From an uncultured Planctomycetales bacterium (GTDB lineage Bacteria; Omnitrophota; Gorgyraeia; Gygaellales; Profunditerraquicolaceae), in contig CAYHBB010000037.1 in NCBI GenBank assembly GCA_964354795.1, positions 110,197 through 174,196 of the forward strand: a stretch of 64,000 nucleotides of DNA, given 5' to 3'. Below, in pieces: positions 55,808 to 64,000 of the stretch. The notes under the pieces are model-generated. The model ran no database searches and was not told where the DNA came from. It saw only the letters and a list, made by a program, of their open reading frames with translations. Each line of letters begins with the position of its first letter. The stretch's first letter is position 1. The translations under genes and the position numbers were made by a program.

Positions 55808-57892
55808 CTAAGAGCTGGCCTGCTCAGCCTGCTTCTTACTGAGCTTTATCCTGCCAAGCTCGTCAATCCCGATGACCTTGACCCTGATCTCATCGCCGAT
55901 CTTCACCACTTCCTCGACAGTCTTAACGAACTTATCGGAAAGCTCTGAAACATGCACCAGGCCTTCTTTGCGGGGTGCCAGTTCAATGAACGCCCCAAAT
56001 GGCATGATGCGCTTGACTTTACCTATATATATGCGGCCGATCTCTACGTCGTCAGTAATAGCCCTGATCATTTTTATAGCGGCATCGGATTTATCGGGCT
56101 GATCGGAACCGACCAGAACAGTACCGTCATCTTTGATGTCAATACTGGCTCCGGTAGCCGCGATTATCGCTTTAATATTCTTACCCCCTGGACCGATGAG
56201 CTCTCCTATCTTCTCGGTATTGATCTTAAGCACCTCGATACGCGGGGCATAGCTGGATAATTCCGCCCGCGGAGCGGTCAAGGCCTCGCTCATCTTGCCC
56301 AATATAAACATCCTGCCTTCTTTTGACTGGGCAAGGCTGCGCTTCAACAAGTCCACTGAAACACCATCTATCTTAAGGTCAAGCTGCACCGCGGTCATCC
56401 CGTTCTTAGTGCCGGCGACTTTAAAATCCATATCTCCAAAATGGTCCTCGACCCCCGCGATGTCGGTAAGGATTACCTCCTTATCGCCTTCCTTGATCAG
56501 ACCTAAGGCAATTCCGCTGACCGCTTCCTTGATAGGAACTCCGGCATCCATCAAGGACAAAGCAGCCGCGCAAACTGTGGCCATGCTTGATGAACCGTTG
56601 GATTCCAGGATCTCGGAAACCACACGAATAGTATAAGGAAATTTCTCTTTGGAAGGAATGACCGCAAGAAGCGATTTCTCGGCTAAAGCTCCATGGCCGA
56701 TCTCGCGCCTACCGGGACCGCGCACAGGGCCGGTCTCGCCCACGCTAAACGGCGGGAAAGTGTAGTGAAGCATAAAAGTCTTATACCTCTCACCCTCCAG
56801 CGCCTCGAACTTCTGCTCATCGTCTCCGGTACCAAGCGTAGTCACTGCCAGGCTCTGGGTCTGTCCGCGGGTGAATAAAGCCGAACCGTGGGTGCGGGGC
56901 AAAAGCGGGACTTGGCAGGTAATAGAACGGATCTCCTTGAGAGAACGGCCGTCAACGCGCACGCCGTCTTCAATGATCTTCATACGCACCAGCCCCTCTT
57001 CAACCTCCACCAGGGCGTCTTTCACCTGTTGGGCAGCGCAGGCGTCAGTTACCAGGGTAGTTTCAAGCTCCTTAGCCAAAAGATCCACCTGGTCCTCACG
57101 CGCTTCCTTACTTGCCAATTTATATATCTCTTTTAATCTATTAGCCGCCAGATCCTCAATACGCTTTTTAAGCTCGGGGTCCACGATCTTAAATTCAACG
57201 CTGGATTTGGGCTTGCCATACTGCTTGGCAAATTCATCCTGCGCATGCAACAACGGCTTCAAACTCTCATAACCGAAAGCGAGCGCCTCCGCGTAAACTT
57301 CTTCAGAGACCTCGTTACAGCGGGACTCAAGCATCATCACGCCTTTATGATTGCCGGCCACCACGACGTCCAGCTCAGCAGCCTCTATCTCCTTATATGT
57401 AGGATTCAGTATAAGTTCATTATTCACCCGCGCCACGCGGCAGCAGGCCAGCGGGCCGTTAAAAGGAATATCAGAAATGGATAATGCAACAGAAGCACCT
57501 GTGACCGCTAAGATATCCGGGTCATTCTCCCCGTCACTGGAAAGGACAATTGCCATGACCTGGACCTCGTTAAGCATTCCCTTAGGGAATAACGGACGGG
57601 TCGGGCGGTCGATAAGGCGGGCGGTCAGGATCTCGCTTTCCGAAGGCCTACCCTCGCGCTTAAAGAATCCTCCGGGGATCCTTCCTGCGGCGTAAGTCTT
57701 TTCCTGATACTCGACGGTCAAAGGGAAAAAACCCTGGCCTTCCCTGATCTTGGTGGACATACAGGCAGTGACCAAAACAACGGTGCCGCCATAGGTGATA
57801 GTGATAGACCCGTTTGCCTGCTTGGCAATGCTGCCGGTCTCCAAAATCAAATCGGCCCTGCCAAATTTAATTCTTTGAGCATTCTTCTGCAT
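55808..57892 (-). CDS. pnp: Polyribonucleotide nucleotidyltransferase (PNPase)
   Basis: Two RNase PH domains plus KH and S1 domains (...IGPGGKNIKAI..., C-terminal S1 GKVKRIMPFGAFIEL). 694 aa. Confidence 0.9.
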   Translation of the reverse strand: MQKNAQRIKFGRADLILETGSIAKQANGSITITYGGTVVLVTACMSTKIREGQGFFPLTVEYQEKTYAAGRIPGGFFKREGRPSESEILTARLIDRPTRPLFPKGMLNEVQVMAIVLSSDGENDPDILAVTGASVALSISDIPFNGPLACCRVARVNNELILNPTYKEIEAAELDVVVAGNHKGVMMLESRCNEVSEEVYAEALAFGYESLKPLLHAQDEFAKQYGKPKSSVEFKIVDPELKKRIEDLAANRLKEIYKLASKEAREDQVDLLAKELETTLVTDACAAQQVKDALVEVEEGLVRMKIIEDGVRVDGRSLKEIRSITCQVPLLPRTHGSALFTRGQTQSLAVTTLGTGDDEQKFEALEGERYKTFMLHYTFPPFSVGETGPVRGPGRREIGHGALAEKSLLAVIPSKEKFPYTIRVVSEILESNGSSSMATVCAAALSLMDAGVPIKEAVSGIALGLIKEGDKEVILTDIAGVEDHFGDMDFKVAGTKNGMTAVQLDLKIDGVSVDLLKRSLAQSKEGRMFILGKMSEALTAPRAELSSYAPRIEVLKINTEKIGELIGPGGKNIKAIIAATGASIDIKDDGTVLVGSDQPDKSDAAIKMIRAITDDVEIGRIYIGKVKRIMPFGAFIELAPRKEGLVHVSELSDKFVKTVEEVVKIGDEIRVKVIGIDELGRIKLSKKQAEQASS

Positions 57893-57930
57893 GATGATTT
57901 AACTTTCTTTTTTTCGGGGTTAAGGAAGTT

Positions 57931-58200
57931 TTACTTCCTCAGGTTAAGCTTCGTCAATACCTCTTCGTACTTCTTGGTGTCTTTTATCTTGAGATATTCG
58001 AGAAGCCTGCGGCGCCTGCCGACTAACAAAAGCAAGCCACGGCGAGAATGGAAATCATTCTTATGCTGCTTAAAATGCTCTCCTAAGAGCTTGATCCTCT
58101 CGGTAAGGATAGCAATCTGCACTTCTGAGGAACCGGTGTCCCTAGCGTGGACCTTAAATTCATCGATGATCTTTATTTTCTTTTCTTTTATTAAAATCAA
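57931..58200 (-). CDS. rpsO: 30S ribosomal protein S15 (TTG start)
   Basis: 89 aa. ...[19 protein letters not shown]...[15 protein letters not shown]. The SD AAGGAGGUG lies 8 nt upstream of a TTG start. Confidence 0.85.
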   Translation of the reverse strand: MILIKEKKIKIIDEFKVHARDTGSSEVQIAILTERIKLLGEHFKQHKNDFHSRRGLLLLVGRRRRLLEYLKIKDTKKYEEVLTKLNLRK

Positions 58201-58232
58201 AACAATTCACCTCCTTAAAATATTCGTAAAAC

Positions 58233-58261
58233 ATTATACTGTTAAATTCGCTATTAGTCAA
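58233..58261 (-). promoter_or_regulatory. Consensus sigma70 promoter for rpsO (-35 TTGACT, 17-nt spacer, -10 TATAAT)
   Basis: Minus strand reads TTGACTAATAGCGAATTTAACAGTATAAT, about 30 nt upstream of the SD. Confidence 0.6.
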
Positions 58262-58305
58262 CTAATTCTGTGATATTATTTTCTTTTTAAATATTACTGG
58301 TTGGA

Positions 58306-58674
58306 TTATAGGCAGGCCTGGATAGAACGCAGGGCTATCGGCACCGGTTTAAGCGCGCAATCTTTTAAACGTATCCCAATCATATAATGGTCGTCATTGG
58401 CTTTACGGGACCACACCACCTCTCCACGCACATTGATTTGCTCCCCGTTATCCGCCATGTGCAGGCACATATTCAGGATAGTCGATGGTTTTATGGACTC
58501 GGTAAGGATAAGCCGTATTCCGTGGGTGCTTAAATCGTAAGTCTTAGCCAGATAGACTCTGCTATTGGCAGGATTGACGCATAACGCCGCGACCCTGGCT
58601 TGGAATCTGGAGCTCGATCTACGTTCCGTGAAATCGGTTTCCTGCATCGGCTCACCACCTCTTTTCGAGAACAT
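58306..58674 (-). CDS. PilZ-domain protein (putative c-di-GMP receptor)
   Basis: RRSSSRF (RxxxR) and DLSTHGIRL (D/NxSxxG) motifs. 122 aa. Confidence 0.75.
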   Translation of the reverse strand: MFSKRGGEPMQETDFTERRSSSRFQARVAALCVNPANSRVYLAKTYDLSTHGIRLILTESIKPSTILNMCLHMADNGEQINVRGEVVWSRKANDDHYMIGIRLKDCALKPVPIALRSIQACL

Positions 58675-58890
58675 CAGCCTAAGCGAACAGAAACTTTCTA
58701 ATTAACTATGCCTGATGCACAGACGAATTCAAGCCTATTCTAACCTAAAAAGAAAGCGCTTTCAAAGACCGGTGGAGCCCCTAGAATTAATGGTCGAGGC
58801 TCCCCCCTGAAGCACACCTTGCCTTAAAGGATAGGCAAGTGTGTTGCTTTCTGCAACAAACCACATTCCGCAAAGAACATAGCAGGGGAA

Positions 58891-59625
58891 TTAATACTTA
58901 TAATAATTCGCCGGAATTGTCTGTGCGATGTAGCGCACTGCCTCGATAATACAGATGCGAATAGCCTTTTCCATAGGCGTATTGGCATAGCCGCCCAATC
59001 CCACGCCTAATCCCCAGCTGCCGAAAAATCCCATACCGATACCACCTGCGATATCTCTGGCTTCTCCCTGCACACGGGTGGCCGCTATAACTTCGGAAGT
59101 AGAGGTGTCGATTATGCGCAGGTCCAGCGCCATGTGCGATTTGTTCATCGCGCCACCTATGATCCCGCCCAATATTCCGCTGCCCACGCTTCCGCCGCCG
59201 CCGATACCGCCTCCCATACCTGAAGCATTGGGCTCAAACTCGGTAACTGCCGCGCTCACCAGAATATCCGCGGTCTTGATCTGGCCTCTCTGGGCCCCGC
59301 TACCGGGCTGGGCGGCACCCGATGCCGCCAACTCTTGCTCCTGCATCACAGCCTTTAACACCTGACGCTCAAGCACGGAAAATCTGCCGCTATTCATCAG
59401 CGCGGTGACCAACATCTCACGCAGGCCTGTCCCGATCTCTCCTCCTGCCTTGGCAGCCTTGACATCAAAATCCGCGACCGCGATACGCGCCTTTGGCCCT
59501 GAATACGGGGGTAAAGGCTGCGCGCCGGCATTATTATCCACCTGCGCGGTGGGCTGCATTCCCGCAAAACATAAAGTTGCCGTAAAGACAAACATCAAAA
59601 CGCTAAGAAACAAAATCTTTTTCAT
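58891..59625 (-). CDS. CsgG-family (curli-secretion-channel-like) lipoprotein
   Basis: Signal plus Cys (LCFAG), and blocks ARIAVADFDV...LREMLVTALMNSGRFSVLERQVL...ADILVSAAVTEFE...ALDLRIIDTSTSEVIAATRV that parallel E. coli CsgG. The start was moved to MKKILF (SD GGAGG). Confidence 0.65.
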   Translation of the reverse strand: MKKILFLSVLMFVFTATLCFAGMQPTAQVDNNAGAQPLPPYSGPKARIAVADFDVKAAKAGGEIGTGLREMLVTALMNSGRFSVLERQVLKAVMQEQELAASGAAQPGSGAQRGQIKTADILVSAAVTEFEPNASGMGGGIGGGGSVGSGILGGIIGGAMNKSHMALDLRIIDTSTSEVIAATRVQGEARDIAGGIGMGFFGSWGLGVGLGGYANTPMEKAIRICIIEAVRYIAQTIPANYYKY

Positions 59626-59701
59626 CCATACCTCCACTATTTAGTAAACTCTTCTTCCTTCACAGCAAGTGAACACCGGCCTCACCTATAAGGCCGGGTG
59701 T

Positions 59702-60184
59702 TCAATATACTCTTCTTCCTTCAACCTTCTCCCAATCATTCAAAAGCTTCATACACTCGGCTCTGTCAAAGTGAGCGAATATTTTAACACTGCTTTTGCC
59801 TTTTGTCTTCAAATTTTTAGCTGAAATACTTAGCTCGCAAAATCCCAGCTTCTTGACGTCGGCGATGTTCGTCCCGTAGATCACCGCATCCAGTCGCGCC
59901 CAGTGAATAGCGCTGAAGCACATCGGACACGGCTCGGTAGTGGAATATATGACGCATCCTGAAAGGTCAAAATGCCTCACTTTTCTCGAGGCAATACGGA
60001 TGGCGTTTACTTCCGCATGGCAGGTGGCGTCTTCTTCCAGCACCGTATTATGCGCTACTGCCAGGACTAAATTATTCCTGACAATGCAGGCGCCGAACGG
60101 GCCGCCATTAAGGGTTCTTAAGTTTTTGCGCGCCTCCTTTATAGCCAGGCGCATATAATTTAGCTGCGGCCTCATCCGGATCAC
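59702..60184 (-). CDS. Nucleoside/tRNA-specific deaminase (CDA fold)
   Basis: Zinc motifs CHAEVNAI ... PCPMC. 160 aa. Confidence 0.75.
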   Translation of the reverse strand: MIRMRPQLNYMRLAIKEARKNLRTLNGGPFGACIVRNNLVLAVAHNTVLEEDATCHAEVNAIRIASRKVRHFDLSGCVIYSTTEPCPMCFSAIHWARLDAVIYGTNIADVKKLGFCELSISAKNLKTKGKSSVKIFAHFDRAECMKLLNDWEKVEGRRVY

Positions 60185-61524
60185 TTATTCAGGACTTCGA
60201 TAGTCTCAGTTGCAGTGCCTATGTTACCTTTGTCATCCTGCACAGTGAGCGTAACGGTAAACTGCTTGGGCTCAAATGAACCGCTGTAAAAAGTGTTTAT
60301 CGGGTCCGGCTTCTTGGCCTTGTCCCCATCGCTAAAATCCCATTCGTAGGAGACTATTTTTCCTTTTATAGCGTGCGATTTTCCGGCGGAAAAGCGCACC
60401 TTAAGCGGAGAATAACCCTTCATCGGCTTGGCCGTGATTATGGCTACCGGAGGCTCGCCGGGAATGCGCTCGGTGAGCTTTACGGTCTTTTCTTTGGGTT
60501 TAAACATCTTCTTCCAGAAACTTTCTTTAGGCGGCTTTTCTTCTTGGGTCTGAACTTCTTGCACCTCTTCCTGCGGCTTAGCAGGCTTAGGCTTACGCTT
60601 AAAGAAATTCTTGGTCTTCTGCCAGAGACCGGTTTTCTTGGGCTTAACTTCTTGTTTAGCCAGCTCCTCGTCCATCTTTTCTTCTATCGCCGGAGCCCCT
60701 ACAACAGGCGCTTCTGTTTTTGCAACTTCCACTACAGGTACTGACTCAGATTTTTCAGCAGGCGCCTGCGCCGCTTCTTCTATTTGTGTAGCTTCAACGG
60801 GCGGGGTTACTTCTGTCGGCTGAGCAGTTTCAACAGGCTTTTCTTCGATTACCGCCTCTGCCGGCTTCTCTTCCACCACAGCTTCGGCAGGCTTCTCTTC
60901 CACCGCAACTTCCGCGGGTTTTTCTTCAACCGCTGTTTGGGCAGGCTTTACTTCTGTAGCCGCTTCCATAGGCAACTCTTCCTGCTTAGACGGCTTCTGC
61001 GCCAATTCACGGGCCTCTGTTTTTCCCTTGACCGCCAACAACTCCCGCTCAAAAGCCAGATCGTCCTGAATATACTTGCTCAAATAATCCCTGACGATCT
61101 TCACCCGTTCTCTTTGCTTCTGGTCAGCCTGATCGTCGATCTTATCCATCTTCTCTTTATAGGCGGGATTATGCTCGTATTTATAATCCTGATACGCCGC
61201 CATGGGAAGCCTTACGGGGCTGGCTACTAGCCCCCCGGCAGTGCTCAAGGGCTTTAGAAAATAAGATTTAAAATTGCTGTCGATATCCCCGAGCTTCTCG
61301 TAATAATACTCGACCGATTTTTTCCTGCGGCTGAAACGCTCCTGCGCCAGTTCCAGGTCCGCAGGTACAGTACTATTTTCACCGATGGTATATTCCGCGA
61401 TGACAAATCCGCGGCGGGAAACCACGTAACCTTTATCATAAGGCTTAAGGCCTTTTTGGAATTTATAGGTCGTACACCCTGATAAAGTGATAACTGCTAA
61501 TAATAAAACTAAACTCTTTCTCAT
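60181..61524 (-). CDS. Lipoprotein with acidic EEKPAE tandem repeats and a C-terminal PKD domain
   Basis: Lipobox LSGC after a signal peptide, (EEKPAEAVV)x4-5 repeats, and a C-terminal PKD-like block WDFSDGD...FTVTLTVQDDKGN. The start was moved to MRKSLV (SD AGGAG). Confidence 0.7.
   Translation of the reverse strand: MRKSLVLLLAVITLSGCTTYKFQKGLKPYDKGYVVSRRGFVIAEYTIGENSTVPADLELAQERFSRRKKSVEYYYEKLGDIDSNFKSYFLKPLSTAGGLVASPVRLPMAAYQDYKYEHNPAYKEKMDKIDDQADQKQRERVKIVRDYLSKYIQDDLAFERELLAVKGKTEARELAQKPSKQEELPMEAATEVKPAQTAVEEKPAEVAVEEKPAEAVVEEKPAEAVIEEKPVETAQPTEVTPPVEATQIEEAAQAPAEKSESVPVVEVAKTEAPVVGAPAIEEKMDEELAKQEVKPKKTGLWQKTKNFFKRKPKPAKPQEEVQEVQTQEEKPPKESFWKKMFKPKEKTVKLTERIPGEPPVAIITAKPMKGYSPLKVRFSAGKSHAIKGKIVSYEWDFSDGDKAKKPDPINTFYSGSFEPKQFTVTLTVQDDKGNIGTATETIEVLNK
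60850..60965 (-). repeat. 4-5 imperfect 27-nt tandem repeats encoding EEKPAE(A/V)(V/A)(V/I)
   Basis: Direct repeats are visible both in the nucleotide sequence and in the translated protein. Confidence 0.7.
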
Positions 61525-61584
61525 AGAAAGCTCCTTGCGCGGAAAGCGCAACACCAACCTTTCCTATTAGGTTGGGTGTATCTC

Positions 61585-62658
61585 CTATTGTAATTTTATA
61601 AGTTCGTAATCTAAGTTCCCCAGGCCGATGGCGGCGGCGTATTCCAGCTGCTTTGAGCCGTCACGCCGGGGATGGGACTCCTTAAAAATATCTTTTTTGC
61701 TTTCTGCGATCACCGTATCCAACGCCGCCTTATCGCAGCTTACCGCGTCGCGCGAGACGAATATCCCCGCATCAGGGGTTATGCGCGGATCATCCTTGGC
61801 CAGGCAGTCGCACTCTTTAGTGATCTTTACGGCAAAATTTATGAAGACGGACTTCTGTAATTTATCAATTAAAACCGCTTTAGCGTATTCGATCATTTTC
61901 TCCTGTATTGTCGAACCACCCGGTTCCCAATCCACGTCAATAGCGTGAAATTTACAGGCGGCAATGCAGCTGGCGCAGCCGATGCAAAGCTTTGCCTCAA
62001 TTCGGGATAATTTGTCCTTTAAAGTAACGGCATTGACCGGGCACACCTTGACGCATGCCCCGCAGCCGGTGCAATTCTCAATATGCACCATAGGCGAAAC
62101 ATCCGAATGCTGGGCGAGTTTTCCCTCGCGGGTCGCGCAACCCATTCCGATATTCTTTAAGACCCCGCCGAAACCGGTCATCATATGCCCCTTAAAATGC
62201 GCGATATCCACGATCGCGTCGGCATCCCGAAAAAGCTTGACTATCTTTGCGGTCTTGATGAACTTGCCGTTAAGAGCGACTCTAGCCACATTTCCCGGCT
62301 CTCTCTCGTCAGGGATAACCACCTCACCCAAGGTAGACTCTTTTGTAAATCCGTGCTCCTTGGCCAGCGCCAGATGGTCTTTGGAATTCATCCTCCTGCC
62401 GCAATAAAGGGTATTGGTGTCAGAGAGGACCGGCCGGCCGCCGCTTTTCAAAACCGCCTCACAAGCGACCCGCACATACTCAGGCCTAACGTACCCCTTA
62501 TTACCACCTTCTCCAAAATGCAGCTTTACCACCGCCAGGTCATCCTTGCGGATAAAATCCAGGCAGCCGCTTTCCTTTAGAAGCCGGGAGAATTTTTCTA
62601 TAATGATCTTTGGGGTGTCGGAATTGCCGACTTTGGTAAAATAAACTTTACTTTTCAT
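61585..62658 (-). CDS. DUF362-domain protein with two 4Fe-4S ferredoxin motifs
   Basis: CTGCGACVKVCP and CIGCASCIAACK. 357 aa. Confidence 0.7.
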   Translation of the reverse strand: MKSKVYFTKVGNSDTPKIIIEKFSRLLKESGCLDFIRKDDLAVVKLHFGEGGNKGYVRPEYVRVACEAVLKSGGRPVLSDTNTLYCGRRMNSKDHLALAKEHGFTKESTLGEVVIPDEREPGNVARVALNGKFIKTAKIVKLFRDADAIVDIAHFKGHMMTGFGGVLKNIGMGCATREGKLAQHSDVSPMVHIENCTGCGACVKVCPVNAVTLKDKLSRIEAKLCIGCASCIAACKFHAIDVDWEPGGSTIQEKMIEYAKAVLIDKLQKSVFINFAVKITKECDCLAKDDPRITPDAGIFVSRDAVSCDKAALDTVIAESKKDIFKESHPRRDGSKQLEYAAAIGLGNLDYELIKLQ

Positions 62659-62662
62659 AAGA

Positions 62663-63364
62663 CTAATCTCTGAACTGTGATTTTTCTACCTGAATTCTTA
62701 CTGCTTTTAAGCAAAAGCCCCAGCAAAATACCATAAGCATCAATAAAAAAAAGGCTCCTGCCGAGGTCCTGGAGAAAACAAAGAAATCGTATAACCCGTG
62801 CGCCAGTATCGCCAGGCCCAGCCCCATATAAATATTCGCTTGTTCGAGCTTACGGTCAGCGCAAAACTTAGCCAGCCCCAGATAATACCCCATGATCACA
62901 GCGAAAAAAGCATGCGCGGGGACCGCAAACACTGCCCGGGGTATGCCGCACATCAGGCTCCCAAAAATACCCAGCTTAAAATGCGAAATAGCCACATACA
63001 TGATATTCTCTAAGGTGGCAAACCCCAGGGATATCATAACCGCGTACATGATCCCGTCATAGGGCTCATCGAATTCCTTATTATCGTATATCAGGCGCTT
63101 AAATACAAGAAATTTAAAACCTTCCTCCACTATCCCGGCGACCAGAAAACTCTTTAGCAATATATTAAGAAAGAAATCGCTGACCTGCTGGACAAAGCCC
63201 CACATAAGGACAGTTTCTACGATCATCGCCAGAAAAGTCACCCCGGCGCCCGCGAAAAAAGCCCTGGCTAAAAGCCCCAGCGGCTCCGGCTCATACTTAT
63301 CCTTATGGTAAAAGTAAATGATCAGGGCTATGGCCGGAGATATGGCAACTATCAAAACAAACAT
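62663..63364 (-). CDS. PrsW-family intramembrane metalloprotease
   Basis: Multi-TM protein with the VEEGFKFL motif characteristic of PrsW/CPBP-type proteases. 233 aa. Confidence 0.7.
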   Translation of the reverse strand: MFVLIVAISPAIALIIYFYHKDKYEPEPLGLLARAFFAGAGVTFLAMIVETVLMWGFVQQVSDFFLNILLKSFLVAGIVEEGFKFLVFKRLIYDNKEFDEPYDGIMYAVMISLGFATLENIMYVAISHFKLGIFGSLMCGIPRAVFAVPAHAFFAVIMGYYLGLAKFCADRKLEQANIYMGLGLAILAHGLYDFFVFSRTSAGAFFLLMLMVFCWGFCLKAVRIQVEKSQFRD

Positions 63365-63402
63365 TTACGCTCCTCTAAAAGGGTAAATTTGGCTTATTTT
63401 AC

Positions 63403-63431
63403 CTTGACAATGGCACAATTTCAAGTATACT
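63403..63431 (+). promoter_or_regulatory. Sigma70-type promoter for rpmB (-35 TTGACA, 16-17-nt spacer, -10 TATACT)
   Basis: CCTTGACAATGGCACAATTTCAAGTATACTC, about 30 nt upstream of the SD AGGAGTGA. Confidence 0.55.
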
Positions 63432-63463
63432 CTTTTAACTATACAATATAGGAGTGATTAGCT

Positions 63464-63691
63464 ATGCTTAAAAAATGTGAAATCTGCAAAAAAGGCGCTC
63501 TTACCGGAAAAACTATCGCGCGTAAAGGCCAATATAAGGCTAAGGGCGGTACCGGCTCAAAAATTGCCCGCTGGACCATGCGCAAATTCTTTCCCAACCT
63601 ACAGAAGATGCGCATCCTCGTCAACGACCACCCCAAAAGAGTATACCTTTGCGCAAAGTGCATCAAAAGAGGCAACTTCAAAAAAGCCTAG
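63464..63691 (+). CDS. rpmB: 50S ribosomal protein L28
   Basis: CEICKKG...RKFFPNLQKMRILVNDHPKRVYLCAKCIKRG is the L28 signature. 75 aa. Confidence 0.85.
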   Translation: MLKKCEICKKGALTGKTIARKGQYKAKGGTGSKIARWTMRKFFPNLQKMRILVNDHPKRVYLCAKCIKRGNFKKA

Positions 63692-63705
63692 GGCCCTCGC
63701 CCTCT

Positions 63706-63972
63706 TTATTTGGGCTTTGAAACAGTATACTTAGTGTAAATAAAAGATACCCCCAGAAATAAAACTCCCAGAATAATAAAGCTGATTATTTTATAAATCA
63801 CGGGAAGTTGCGCCATATCCGCATATACCACCCTGGCTATGGTGACCCCGAAAAGAGCAAATCCACCCCACCGAAAGACCTTATCCTTCATAATGAATCC
63901 GGCGCCAAACAGTATCACTCCCTCCAGGCCCAAAGCGACCGAAATCCATGAAGGAGAGACATACCTGAACAT
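63706..63972 (-). CDS. Hypothetical small membrane protein (2-3 TM)
   Basis: Hydrophobic 88-aa ORF convergent with rpmB. No recognisable motif. Confidence 0.35.
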   Translation of the reverse strand: MFRYVSPSWISVALGLEGVILFGAGFIMKDKVFRWGGFALFGVTIARVVYADMAQLPVIYKIISFIILGVLFLGVSFIYTKYTVSKPK

Positions 63973-64000
63973 CGACCAGGTAAACAGAAACGTAGATACG

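Noticed and set aside
58675-58890. A possible c-di-GMP riboswitch or small RNA in the 216-nt spacer upstream of the PilZ gene
   Set aside because: No GEMM-like conserved motif could be recognised by eye. The hairpins present, GAAAGCGCTTTC followed by a T-tract among them, look like terminators of the upstream gene.
1-64000. A search for tRNA, tmRNA, RNase P, SRP RNA and rRNA in the intergenic regions
   Set aside because: No T-loop GGTTCGA(A/T)TCC motif, tmRNA tag frame, RNase P conserved block or 4.5S motif was seen in any spacer. None is reported.

Overview
This 64-kb window appears to come from an uncultivated bacterium; the sequence alone does not let me assign a lineage. Coordinates I derived by eye from the printed sequence may be off by 1-2 nt; ORF-track coordinates are exact. 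About 90% of genes are on the minus strand.

Positions 1-34135 form one uninterrupted, tightly overlapping minus-strand glycan-biosynthesis supercluster. It contains:
- a Wzx-like flippase, four GT2 and one GT4 glycosyltransferases, and two large polytopic membrane proteins;
- a dTDP-6-deoxyhexose module rmlA/rmlB/rmlD with no rmlC;
- five other NAD-dependent sugar epimerases (one resembling plant-type GDP-mannose 3,5-epimerase, two CDP-paratose-2-epimerase-like), a nucleotide-sugar dehydrogenase, an SDR reductase, an ATP-grasp ligase and a hexapeptide acetyltransferase;
- a SemiSWEET sugar transporter;
- a carbamoyltransferase/SxtJ/SxtK-like module, where the 51-aa SxtK-like ORF is absent from the ORF track;
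- eight SAM methyltransferases;
- three cobalamin-binding radical SAM enzymes plus one radical SAM/SPASM enzyme.

This combination predicts a heavily C/O-methylated, carbamoylated, acylated deoxy-sugar glycan. It is the best candidate here for an undescribed system.

Downstream on the same strand are housekeeping genes: tyrS, rpsA, pgm/pmm, rpe, nadD, proA, proB, obg, rplU and a rearranged riboflavin operon ribBA-ribH-nusB-PHP-ribD-ribE.

The riboflavin operon is led by an FMN riboswitch with an intrinsic terminator. Its aptamer appears roughly twice normal length because about four tandem double-hairpin modules sit between the conserved 5' and 3' halves. The same GC-clamp hairpin family (TACCCC...GGGGTAGGCTTTC) recurs in the ribBA leader and downstream of the SxtK-like gene near 2970-3060.

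A second, 47-nt perfect hairpin occurs both inside a GT2 coding sequence and in the tyrS-rpsA spacer.

The remainder contains cinA/pncC (leaderless, from a promoter sharing its -35 with the divergent rib promoter), an AT-rich orphan gene, thpR, pgpA, pgsA, rimO, rodZ-like, ftsK, pnp, rpsO, a PilZ protein, a CsgG-like lipoprotein, a nucleoside deaminase, a PKD lipoprotein, a DUF362-ferredoxin protein, a PrsW protease and rpmB.

No rRNA, tRNA, CRISPR array or obvious transposase was found. One other AT-rich islet (8940-10640) carries two methyltransferase genes flanked by paralogous methyltransferase genes.
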